40,410 nucleotides of DNA. It comes from Candidatus Iainarchaeum sp. (lineage in GTDB: Archaea; Iainarchaeota; Iainarchaeia; JAADDC01). Position 1 is the first letter of the stretch. Every line of letters starts with the position of its first letter. The notes under the pieces were generated by a model. That model had not been told where the DNA came from, searched no databases, and was given only the letters and a program-made list of their open reading frames with translations. This document shows, in pieces, positions 16,961 through 24,925 of the stretch. The translations under genes were made by a program, and so were the position numbers. The stretch lies in assembly GCA_013154035.1 (NCBI GenBank), contig JAADDH010000013.1, positions 1 to 40,410 on the forward strand. Direction: 5' to 3'.

Positions 16961-18010
16961 GTGAGTCTCTTTGAACCGGTGGAGCAGAGGATCCTTAGGG
17001 ATGCAAGAGTGCTTGATCCGGACTTCGTTCCAGATGTTTTGCCGTTCCGCGAGTCCCATTTGCAGGAAATCGCATCGTCTATTTCCTACGCCCTTGAAAC
17101 TGGCAGTTCTTCCAATATTTTCGTTGTCGGGCCACCGGGGACGGGGAAAACTGCATCCATTCGCTACGTTCTGCGGGAACTCTCTTCGTATTCTCCACTC
17201 ACCTTTCAGTCGTATATAAACTGCTGGATATACCGCTCACGCTTCTCCATCATCTCTGCCTTGGCCGGGGCGCTCCGCGTACCCCTTCCCCGCAGAGGAT
17301 TCGCACCTGATGAAGCATATTCCCGCATATTTGAACGGCTCGGGGATTATAGGGGGGCGGTTATCGTTCTTGACGAGGTGGATCGCATTGCTTCAGCGTC
17401 TTCCGATGTGCTCTACGATTTCTCACGTCTTCACTCCTTTGTGGACGGCCCCCTCGTTCTTATCACGATTGCCAACACTGAGAACTTCGTGTATTCCCTG
17501 GATCCTCGCATAACGTCTACGCTCTTTTCCAAAAAATTGGTCTTTGAGCGATACACCGTTCCCCAGCTGAAGGAGATTCTGCGCGAGCGTGCCAAGATTG
17601 CCCTTGCGGAGGGGAGTTATGACGACAACGTGCTCGGTATGTGCGCCGCCATCGGTTGGAAGCGCGGGGGCGATGCGAGGGCTGCAATATCCTGTCTCCG
17701 CGAGGCTGCAATTCTTGCTGAGCGTAAGGGGGATGACAGAATAACCGTGAGCCACGTAAAAGCGGTTGCGGAGTCTGTGGATGGTGCTCGCGTATCCTCC
17801 CTTGATCCGAAGCTTCGCCCCATTGTGGATATCCTCCGAGAAAACGGGGAGATGCGCGTATCTGCCCTTTACGATGAGTACGTGACCCGGGTAGGGAAGA
17901 TTACCATGCGCGCTTTCCGTAACTATATCAACGAGCTGGAACGCTTGGGGATCGTAAACGTCCGTCGGCTTCCCGTGCGCGGCAACGTTCGGGCAGTCTC
18001 TCTCCGCTAG
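16961..18010 (+). CDS. cdc6: Orc1/Cdc6 replication initiator
   Basis: The N-terminus L..D..FVPDVLPFRE is typical of Orc1/Cdc6. Walker A GPPGTGKT, Walker B VIVLDEVD, sensor region and C-terminal winged helix (LERLGIVNVRR). Confidence 0.92.
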   Translation: MSLFEPVEQRILRDARVLDPDFVPDVLPFRESHLQEIASSISYALETGSSSNIFVVGPPGTGKTASIRYVLRELSSYSPLTFQSYINCWIYRSRFSIISALAGALRVPLPRRGFAPDEAYSRIFERLGDYRGAVIVLDEVDRIASASSDVLYDFSRLHSFVDGPLVLITIANTENFVYSLDPRITSTLFSKKLVFERYTVPQLKEILRERAKIALAEGSYDDNVLGMCAAIGWKRGGDARAAISCLREAAILAERKGDDRITVSHVKAVAESVDGARVSSLDPKLRPIVDILRENGEMRVSALYDEYVTRVGKITMRAFRNYINELERLGIVNVRRLPVRGNVRAVSLR

Positions 18011-18046
18011 CGCAACGCATAAATATCCCTGACTGCTTATACACAC

Positions 18047-18313
18047 ATGGACAACAACGAAGTCGCACTTGAACTGCTCAAACTCTTCCTCCAGATGCAC
18101 AGGGAGAGGGTAGAGTTGGACGAGCTTGTGGATGCTTACCTGTACATACGCGAGGTTCTGGAGCACGGGCACGGAGATCAGGGTGCACCTATGGCTGCTC
18201 CTCACGGTTCCGCGCCACCCGCCCCTGGTCAGGCGCCAGCACAGCAACCTGCCGATGATGATTCACTTTTTGACTTCAAGCAGCCTCTCAGCGCGTCGGA
18301 CAAGGACGCGTAG
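18047..18313 (+). CDS. Small protein: helical N-domain, Pro/Ala-rich linker, PIP-like C-terminal motif
   Basis: 88 aa. ATG lies about 23 nt after the ATAAATAT box. The C-terminal region reads DDDSLFDFKQPL. Confidence 0.5.
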   Translation: MDNNEVALELLKLFLQMHRERVELDELVDAYLYIREVLEHGHGDQGAPMAAPHGSAPPAPGQAPAQQPADDDSLFDFKQPLSASDKDA

Positions 18314-18595
18314 CTACTTTTGCATGCGCTTTTTCATCTCTGCCATTATTGTGGCGAGTATTTCTTCCCTGTTTTCTACATCTCGGCGCTCTTTGGCGTA
18401 AGTGAACAATCTAAGCAGATCATCGTCTCCGAGCTTTGATATATGTTTCTCTGTTGCCCTATCGCGTATTTTTTTCCAGAACTCCTCTCCATACATCCTG
18501 TTTAGCGTTCTGAAATCGCTTAGTGGCAGCCCCTTTCGTTCCGCAAATCTGTACGCATCCCTGTATTTTATCCGCTCGTATATCTCCCTGAACAC
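18314..18595 (-). CDS. Small basic helical protein, partner of the KaiC-like ATPase
   Basis: 93 aa. It starts 3 nt after the stop of the upstream KaiC-like gene. Confidence 0.5.
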   Translation of the reverse strand: MFREIYERIKYRDAYRFAERKGLPLSDFRTLNRMYGEEFWKKIRDRATEKHISKLGDDDLLRLFTYAKERRDVENREEILATIMAEMKKRMQK

Positions 18596-18598
18596 CGT

Positions 18599-19336
18599 TT
18601 ACACCTCGTCTATGGGGTATACCACTATCCCCCTTTCCCTCGTTATTTCCAGCGGATGAATGTGCTCGGAGTGCTTGGTGGCGCGCATCTTGCGGACGTG
18701 GAGTGTTCTCGTGGTCTGCCCGCCGAGGGCCCCATACCTGAGCACAATAAGACCATCTGCCACGTATTCCTCCACACCATACTTAGAATAGGTGCCTGAG
18801 TTCTCGGGAATCTCGGTCGTGACGATAGACGTGACGCCGGAGCGGGATAGGACGTAGGACATCTTCAGAATCGCCTTGCGTATCTCCACTTCCGTATCGT
18901 ACTTGAATCCTAGCGCCGGGAGCGAGTCCACGACGAGGCGCTTGGCGCCCATCTCCTTTATGCTCTTTATGATCTCCACGAGGAGCTTGTCCAGGTTGAA
19001 TCCCGTTTCCGGCAGCGAGTACTCCTCTTCGGACGGGATGCCCACTCGCGAGACCGTACCGTCAATAATGCGTATCATTCCTTTCTCTTCCAGCTTTCTG
19101 AAGTCCCAGCCGAACTGCAGCATATCTTCCCGAATGGTATCTGGCCGTTCATCAAGCGTCACAAATATGCCTGGTTCGTTGTAGTCCGTGGCTCCTCTGT
19201 ATATGAACTGAGATGAAAATATTGTTTTTCCAGTTCCTGTGCTTCCCGAGACGAGAATCATCCTCCTTCTCGGAATACCGCCCTCTATGAGTTCGTCCAG
19301 CCCGTCTATGCCTGTTGGTACGCGATCCATGTTCAT
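18599..19336 (-). CDS. Single-domain KaiC-like RecA-superfamily ATPase
   Basis: RVPTGIDGLDELIEGGIPRRRMILVSGSTGTGKT (Walker A), then FVTLDERPDTI and RLVVDS (Walker B-like). 245 aa. Confidence 0.85.
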   Translation of the reverse strand: MNMDRVPTGIDGLDELIEGGIPRRRMILVSGSTGTGKTIFSSQFIYRGATDYNEPGIFVTLDERPDTIREDMLQFGWDFRKLEEKGMIRIIDGTVSRVGIPSEEEYSLPETGFNLDKLLVEIIKSIKEMGAKRLVVDSLPALGFKYDTEVEIRKAILKMSYVLSRSGVTSIVTTEIPENSGTYSKYGVEEYVADGLIVLRYGALGGQTTRTLHVRKMRATKHSEHIHPLEITRERGIVVYPIDEV

Positions 19337-19381
19337 AGATGGGCGAGGTTATTTATATGCCCTTCTCCCCAGTATTTACTC

Positions 19382-19723
19382 GTGGCTGTGAAGCGAAGGC
19401 CCGCCAAGGATTTGCGGATTTCTGAGATTTCCGGAGAGGGCGAGAGGGTTTCAGTGGTGTGCACCGTTGTTGATTTCGATCCGTCCGATATGGGCGGTCA
19501 CGTTGACGATGGGACCGGCGTGGCGAGAGTCGCGCTTGATGACGTGCTCTTTGCCCAGAAAATGACTGCTGGAAGCGTTGTGCGTATAATTGGGCGGGCA
19601 TACACTACGGAAGACATTCCGCTCATCCGTGCAGAGGTTGTTCAGGCCTTTGACGCCGATTTGGATACCTATCGTTCCATCGTTTCGCTTGAAAGGAGGG
19701 TTTATGATGAAGGTGCTGTTTGA
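19382..19723 (+). CDS. OB-fold nucleic-acid-binding protein (RPA-related small subunit?)
   Basis: 113 aa. RVSVVCTVVDF...GGHVDDGTGVARVAL...GSVVRIIGR has the pattern of tRNA-anticodon/RPA-type OB folds. It is the first gene of the replisome operon. GTG start follows the TTATTTATATG box. Confidence 0.6.
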   Translation: MAVKRRPAKDLRISEISGEGERVSVVCTVVDFDPSDMGGHVDDGTGVARVALDDVLFAQKMTAGSVVRIIGRAYTTEDIPLIRAEVVQAFDADLDTYRSIVSLERRVYDEGAV

Positions 19724-20456
19724 ATCTGCGGACGTGCTCAAAAAGAGCATAAAGGCGCTCTCCGCGCTCATAGACGAGGGGGAGTTCCTCTTTGACGACG
19801 AAGGGATGAAGCTCCGCGCAACCGACCCGTCCAAGATTGCAATGGTTGGTTTTAACCTGCCCAAGCATGCGTTCAAGGAATATGACGTTCCAGGGCCCGT
19901 GCGCATTGGTCTGAACATGAGTGACCTTGAGGGTGTGTTCAAGAAGGTTCGCGCAGGAGAATCCGTGGAGATGGAGCTCTCCGAGGATGGTTCCCGCTTT
20001 TTCATAACGCTCCACGGCAAGGCGCGCCGCAGGTTTACCCTCCCAGTCATTGATCTGGGCGGTATGGAGCTCCCGGTGCCAAAGATTCCGTTCACTGCGT
20101 CCGCCAAGGTTTTGGCAGAGGTCTTTGCATCCGCGGTTGACGATGCCTCGTCCTTCTCCACCCACGCCACGATTCATCTTAAGACTGACGGAATGGCGAT
20201 CCGCGCTGCGGGCAGCAAGGGCGAGTACGTGCTTGAGCTGAAGATGGGTGAGCACGATGCCCTCCTGGATCTGCAGGTGAACGAGGAGGCGAGGGCTTCG
20301 TATCCATTGGACTACCTATCAGACATGGTTTCCCAAGCCAACAAGACTGCGGCCATATCCATATCCCTGTCCACAGATGCGCCGCTGAAGCTGGCATACT
20401 CTATCGGCGATGCGAACTTCACGTACTTCCTCGCGCCGCGTATTGAGACTGGATGA
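19704..20456 (+). CDS. pcn: DNA polymerase sliding clamp PCNA (paralog 1, canonical)
   Basis: 250 aa. ATG follows GGAGGG. PCNA pattern throughout: LSALIDEGEF, MKLRATDPSKIAMV, RIGLNMSDL, ASYPLDYLSDM, and C-terminal FTYFLAPRIE. Confidence 0.92.
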   Translation: MMKVLFESADVLKKSIKALSALIDEGEFLFDDEGMKLRATDPSKIAMVGFNLPKHAFKEYDVPGPVRIGLNMSDLEGVFKKVRAGESVEMELSEDGSRFFITLHGKARRRFTLPVIDLGGMELPVPKIPFTASAKVLAEVFASAVDDASSFSTHATIHLKTDGMAIRAAGSKGEYVLELKMGEHDALLDLQVNEEARASYPLDYLSDMVSQANKTAAISISLSTDAPLKLAYSIGDANFTYFLAPRIETG

Positions 20457-21211
20457 GGGTGATTGCCGTGCTGGACGTCGTGCTGGATGATCCCCGCCCC
20501 TGGAAGGCTGCCATGGATACGATCTACTCTTTCCTTCCAGAGGGTACGCTTTACTTCTCCGGCAACGGTGTCCATCTCCGCGCTATGGATCCGTCCCAGG
20601 TCGTCCTCGTGGAACTTTTCGCGCCAAAGGATGTCTTCTCCAAGTACGAGCTCGGCGCCCCCAGCGTTCCCGTGGCCCTTGACTTCTCCGAGTATACGAA
20701 GATCCTTTCCCGCGCTGGGGGGGATGACCGCGTCCGCATGAGTCTGGAGGACGTTTCGCTCTCCGTGATCATAGAGCGAGTGAATGGGTCCTTCCGCCGC
20801 GAGTTCTACCTCCCCCTCATGGACATCTCCGACCGGGACGCCGATATACCTCTCCCTGAAGCGAGCACCACAGTTACTATCCGCGCTAAGCTCCTGAAGG
20901 ATGCTCTACGCGATTCCGGCCTTTTCGCCACGTCTGCCGTTTTCGTTGCCCGTCCCGACGTCTTTATGATTGAGGCGAAGAGCCAGCAGGGGGTCACACG
21001 GGTGGTGGCTCGTCCCGGGGATGACGTGAAGATCTCCAGCGAGTTAGAGTCTATTTCCCGCTACTCCCTGCCCTACGTCCAGAACATCGTCAAGGCTGCT
21101 GATCCGGACAGCTTCATAACGATATCCTTCAGGAATGATACTCCTGCCAGGATTGAGTACCACGTTTCAGGCATAAAACTTACATTCTTCTTGGCGCATA
21201 TGATACTATGA
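20453..21211 (+). CDS. PCNA paralog 2 (divergent)
   Basis: 252 aa with an ATGA overlap onto PCNA1. It keeps the PCNA pattern (VHLRAMDPSQVVLVEL, F..Y, LPLMDI, SRYSLPYVQNIVKA, LTFFLA). By-eye identity to paralog 1 is only about 20%. Confidence 0.8.
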   Translation: MRVIAVLDVVLDDPRPWKAAMDTIYSFLPEGTLYFSGNGVHLRAMDPSQVVLVELFAPKDVFSKYELGAPSVPVALDFSEYTKILSRAGGDDRVRMSLEDVSLSVIIERVNGSFRREFYLPLMDISDRDADIPLPEASTTVTIRAKLLKDALRDSGLFATSAVFVARPDVFMIEAKSQQGVTRVVARPGDDVKISSELESISRYSLPYVQNIVKAADPDSFITISFRNDTPARIEYHVSGIKLTFFLAHMIL

Positions 21212-22071
21212 GCGATTTTTACGCCCTGCACCCCTTCCTTCCCGGGGCTCGCAGGCTTCTCCCGCAGGATCTCTCCTTGGATCTAGTCCCAGAGATGCTT
21301 CTCGGATCTGCTTCACGTCGCCTTCGTAATATTCTCTCAAAACAGCCCGACTACAGCGTGGTTCTCAGCCCGCGGGAGGAAGTCTTCCAGTACGTGCTGA
21401 TGCGCCTCTTCCTATCCGTTCTCGGCAACGAGTATTACTACGATCGCTTTGCCATGTACTACGCCGAGCGAACGAGGCTGCACAGCAACCCCGATGATTT
21501 TCTCGCGGAGGTGGGCGTGGATCCAGAGTATCTGAGCGTGGCGGAGTATATGCGGTTCAAGCATATTTACCCGGAGACGAAGCTCTACCACCTCCCTGTG
21601 GCGAATGGACGTGTATTCTTCCCGCGCCGGCTGGTTCCCTACTTAGCAGGCACTGTGGCATATACCATGGTCCGGGGCGCCCTCCCCGCAGAGGTGTCAG
21701 GCCTGCCAGATGTCTTCAAGCGCTACGCACAGGCGGCTATTCCCGTTACCGTCAGCCGCACCGGGGGCAAGGGCTGGGGCTTCATTGAGCGCATACTCTC
21801 CGCCTCTGGTATTCCTGATGGGAAAAAGCGCATTATCCTATACTGGATCATGCCATATCTCGTCACGGTTCGTGGACTTTCGGTGGATGAAGCCGTTTCC
21901 CGTGTCCAGGAGTGGCTGGCGAATCAGGGGGGACAGAAGGTTCTCCTGTCCTGGGTGCGCGCCGATGCTGAGAACGTCAAGAAGCGTGGCGTGCGTCCGT
22001 GGAGTATAAAAACCGTGGAGCAGCGAGATCCCGCGCTGGTCAAGATGCTCCGTGAGATGGGGGTGCTCTGA
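21208..22071 (+). CDS. priL: DNA primase large subunit PriL, cysteine-free short form
   Basis: 287 aa. PriL N-terminal signatures (YALHPFLPGA, YHLPVANGRVFFPRR) and the CTD helix-bundle motif GIPDGKKRIILYWIMPYLVTVRGLSVDEAVSRVQEW are present. It sits between PCNA2 and priS with overlapping stops and starts. Confidence 0.75.
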   Translation: MSDFYALHPFLPGARRLLPQDLSLDLVPEMLLGSASRRLRNILSKQPDYSVVLSPREEVFQYVLMRLFLSVLGNEYYYDRFAMYYAERTRLHSNPDDFLAEVGVDPEYLSVAEYMRFKHIYPETKLYHLPVANGRVFFPRRLVPYLAGTVAYTMVRGALPAEVSGLPDVFKRYAQAAIPVTVSRTGGKGWGFIERILSASGIPDGKKRIILYWIMPYLVTVRGLSVDEAVSRVQEWLANQGGQKVLLSWVRADAENVKKRGVRPWSIKTVEQRDPALVKMLREMGVL

Positions 22072-23318
22072 TGATTGAACGACTGCTCACCGATGCGTTC
22101 CGGCGATACTATCGTTCCCACGAGGTGCCCGCGCCGCCGGCGATTGAACAGAGGGAATTCGGAGTAGGGGCATATGGAAGGAAGATCGTGAAGCGGCACA
22201 TGTCTTTCGCCTCTGAGCGCGAGTTCCAGAACTACCTGAAGACTAACGCCCCCCACTACATCTCATACTCTGTGGGCTATTTTGAGTATCCCGACGCGCC
22301 GTCCATGGATGAGAAGCACCTTCTCGGCGCTGACCTCATATTTGAGTTTGATTCCGACGAACTTGGTCTGTTCTCCCCAAGCGACGTGTGGGTCTGCCCC
22401 CACTGTGGCGCCAAGGGCTACGTGAAAGAGTTCCTTGACCGCGGAAAGAACCCTGTGGCCTGCCCCCGCTGCGGCGACCCCGTGAAGGTGATCATGTTTC
22501 CCGACCCGGACCGCGAGGAGCGCCTGAAGAACGAGGTGGATACCCTCGTCAAGGATTTTATTATTGGCGAGTGGGGAGTTTCTCCCTCTGAGGTTGCCTT
22601 GAACTTTTCGGGCAACCGTGGCTACCACGTGCACATACGCGCCGAAGCGTTCCGCGAACTGGACAAGGAGGCAAGGATTGAACTGACGGAGTATATTACG
22701 GGCCAGGCGCTTGATGTTCGATACTTCTTTGATGTGACGCAGTTTCCCCTTCGCGGCCCGAAGCCCTCAGACCCGGGGTGGCCCGGACGCGTGGCTCGTG
22801 CGGTAGTGAATGCTTTGAGCAAGGCAAAGCGCGTGTCAGATCTCGTCGTGCTCGGTATGGATGCCGCCAGCGCTAGAAAACTCTTCCACGATCGTGCCAT
22901 GTTCGTTGAGTCGGTGAAGCGTGGAGTCTGGCCGGTCCCTACGAAGCGAGGAGAAGACATTTTCGCTCCTATCCAGCGCCTTGTCCGTGGACTTTCCCCA
23001 TACATGGGCAAAGAGGTGGATACGAACACCTCCGTTGATATTCACCGTCTAATTCGCGTTCCAGATACGATTCATGGCGGAACGGGGCTATTGGCCAAGC
23101 GTCTGACGGATATATGGAAGTTTGATCCCTTCAAGGATGCCGTTGCGCTTCCGTCCCGTCCCGAGCTGGAGATAGATGTGGATATCGCCCCAGAATTTGA
23201 GTTCGCCGGTGAGACGTGGGGGCCATATCGCAACCAAAAGGTTCTATTACCACTTCATGTCAGTATATACCTGATAAGTAGGGGGGTCGCCCGTTGGACA
23301 TTGACTTCAGAAAGCTGA
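22071..23318 (+). CDS. priS: DNA primase small (catalytic) subunit PriS
   Basis: AEP motifs LIFEFDSD, SGNRGYHVHIR and RVPDTIHGGTG, with the Zn-binding insert CPHCG...CPRCG. Confidence 0.92.
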   Translation: MIERLLTDAFRRYYRSHEVPAPPAIEQREFGVGAYGRKIVKRHMSFASEREFQNYLKTNAPHYISYSVGYFEYPDAPSMDEKHLLGADLIFEFDSDELGLFSPSDVWVCPHCGAKGYVKEFLDRGKNPVACPRCGDPVKVIMFPDPDREERLKNEVDTLVKDFIIGEWGVSPSEVALNFSGNRGYHVHIRAEAFRELDKEARIELTEYITGQALDVRYFFDVTQFPLRGPKPSDPGWPGRVARAVVNALSKAKRVSDLVVLGMDAASARKLFHDRAMFVESVKRGVWPVPTKRGEDIFAPIQRLVRGLSPYMGKEVDTNTSVDIHRLIRVPDTIHGGTGLLAKRLTDIWKFDPFKDAVALPSRPELEIDVDIAPEFEFAGETWGPYRNQKVLLPLHVSIYLISRGVARWTLTSES

Positions 23319-23980
23319 GACACGTATATTTGCAGGAGCGGAAGTCGCCGCAGCGCCTTGCTAAGGTGCCAGCCGACTTCTACGACATTCTGCGCAAGTA
23401 TGTTGAGGCTGAACGTGATGCTCTTGCCCATAGCCCCGGCGTGGAGGACGTTCAGGCCCTTATGCAGTTTGCGAATCTCGTGAAGCTCGTAGGTGATATT
23501 ATTTCTATTCGTCAGCGCAAGATCGTTCAGATGGCAATTAGCGCGTCCTTTTCCGAATTCTACGAGCCCGAGAACCTCGTGGGTTGGGAACGGGAGATGT
23601 ATGCCGAGATTCTGAATATTGTTCGCAGGTATCGTGAGCACGCGCTGTCTCTTGTGGGTCTTGGGTCTGGCAGGCCCCAGAAACATGAGGTGCCGTCCGC
23701 TGTTCCGCACGATGCTACACCAGCGACCGCTGAACCGGCCGTTCCGCCGGAGCTTTCCGAGCCGGTGCAACCGACGCCACCCGAGCCCGAGACTGCCCCT
23801 GAGACCGTGAGAGTTAGGATATTAAAAACCATTCCCGCATTTATCGGTACCGATTACAATACCTACGGTCCCTACGATGTGGGGGACGTTGTGGATCTCC
23901 CGCCCGGCGTGGCGGACATCCTTTTGGTGCGTAATCTTGCAGAGGTGGTGAATGATGAGGATTCCAATGCCCAGGTCTAA
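23294..23980 (+). CDS. gins51: GINS subunit Gins51 (Sld5/Psf1-like)
   Basis: N-terminal A-domain (LQERKSPQRLAKVPADFY) and C-terminal B-domain (VRILKTIPAFIGTDYNTYGPYDVGDVVDLP) are joined by a Pro/Glu-rich linker. TTG start follows AGGGGGGT. Position downstream of priS is conserved in Archaea. Confidence 0.8.
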   Translation: MDIDFRKLRHVYLQERKSPQRLAKVPADFYDILRKYVEAERDALAHSPGVEDVQALMQFANLVKLVGDIISIRQRKIVQMAISASFSEFYEPENLVGWEREMYAEILNIVRRYREHALSLVGLGSGRPQKHEVPSAVPHDATPATAEPAVPPELSEPVQPTPPEPETAPETVRVRILKTIPAFIGTDYNTYGPYDVGDVVDLPPGVADILLVRNLAEVVNDEDSNAQV

Positions 23981-24137
23981 GTTCCTCGTGGTCAAGTGTC
24001 CCAAGTGTGGAAATGAGCAGGTCGTCTTCAACAAGGCCGCGATTGTTGTTCGCTGCAATACTTGTGGCGAGATCATTGCCAGGCCCACTGGCAGCAAGGC
24101 AGAAATACTCGGAAAAGTGGTGGAGTCGTTAACATGA
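23952..24137 (+). CDS. rps27e: 30S ribosomal protein S27e
   Basis: 61 aa. KFLVVKCPKCGNEQVVF...CNTCGE zinc ribbon. Confidence 0.92.
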   Translation: MMRIPMPRSKFLVVKCPKCGNEQVVFNKAAIVVRCNTCGEIIARPTGSKAEILGKVVESLT

Positions 24138-24925
24138 GCGCCAAAGCACCCGAACCGGGAGATTATGTCATTGTCCGCATAAAGGATATTGTTCCATACG
24201 GCGCGTTTGTTGAGCTTGTAGAGTATCCAGATTTCCGCGGCTTTATCCACATTTCTGAGATCTCCAACTCGTGGGTCAAGAACATTCGTCACCACATTAA
24301 GGAGGGCCAGATGCGCGTTGCGAAGGTCCTTGGCGTTTCCACTCACAAGAGAATGTGCGACCTGTCTTTGAAGCGCGTGTCTGGCGCCATTGAGAAGAGG
24401 AAATTGGAGGAGGTCCGCAGGAAGAAGCGCGGTCGTGGTCTCCTCCGCGCCGCTGCCAAGCTCGCTTCTCGCCCAGAGTCTGAGGTGGATAAGATCGAGG
24501 ATCTGCTTGCCGAACACTTCGGCGATGCGCTGACGGCGTTCGAATCAGTGGTCTTTGAGGGCGAGCATGTTCTTGACGAGGTTAAGGACCTTCCCGCAGA
24601 CTGGAAATCTGCCATCATCGCCATAGCAAAGAAATCCATTGAGATTCCGCGTAAGACCGTTCGTGCCCACGTTTCCATTAACGTTCCTGGACCTTTCGGT
24701 GCAAAAAAGATCCGTGAGCTTCTTCTGAAGGCGAAGGAGCAGATAGAGGCGAACGCCCACAGTGAAGCGAGGATTTACTACGTTGGCGCGCCCAGATACG
24801 CCATTGAGGTGACCACCACGGATTACAAGGTCGCAGACAAGATTCTCGCATCCGTCTGCGACGATCTCGTCCAGAACGTGCAAAAACTGGGCGGTAGTGC
24901 ATCGTGGGAGAAGGTGGAAGCATGA
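24134..24925 (+). CDS. eif2a: Translation initiation factor aIF2 alpha subunit
   Basis: ATGA overlap with rps27e. S1 domain PEPGDYVIVRIKDIVPYGAFVELVEY..GFIHISEIS, then the helical and alpha-beta domains. Confidence 0.92.
   Translation: MSAKAPEPGDYVIVRIKDIVPYGAFVELVEYPDFRGFIHISEISNSWVKNIRHHIKEGQMRVAKVLGVSTHKRMCDLSLKRVSGAIEKRKLEEVRRKKRGRGLLRAAAKLASRPESEVDKIEDLLAEHFGDALTAFESVVFEGEHVLDEVKDLPADWKSAIIAIAKKSIEIPRKTVRAHVSINVPGPFGAKKIRELLLKAKEQIEANAHSEARIYYVGAPRYAIEVTTTDYKVADKILASVCDDLVQNVQKLGGSASWEKVEA

Noticed and set aside
17423-18247. Long antisense ORFs of 230-300 aa opposite well-supported genes. Examples: 17423-18247 (opposite cdc6), 19451-20170 (PCNA1), 15282-16025 (tmcA), 32184-33086 (aCPSF1/psmB), 23822-24517, 4991-5707 and 38795-39493.
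   Set aside because: Each lies entirely opposite a gene with clear family motifs. Their translations are Arg/Ser/Pro/Ala-rich and low-complexity, with no motifs. They lack TATA or SD signals at their starts. They are typical shadow ORFs of a roughly 50% GC genome.
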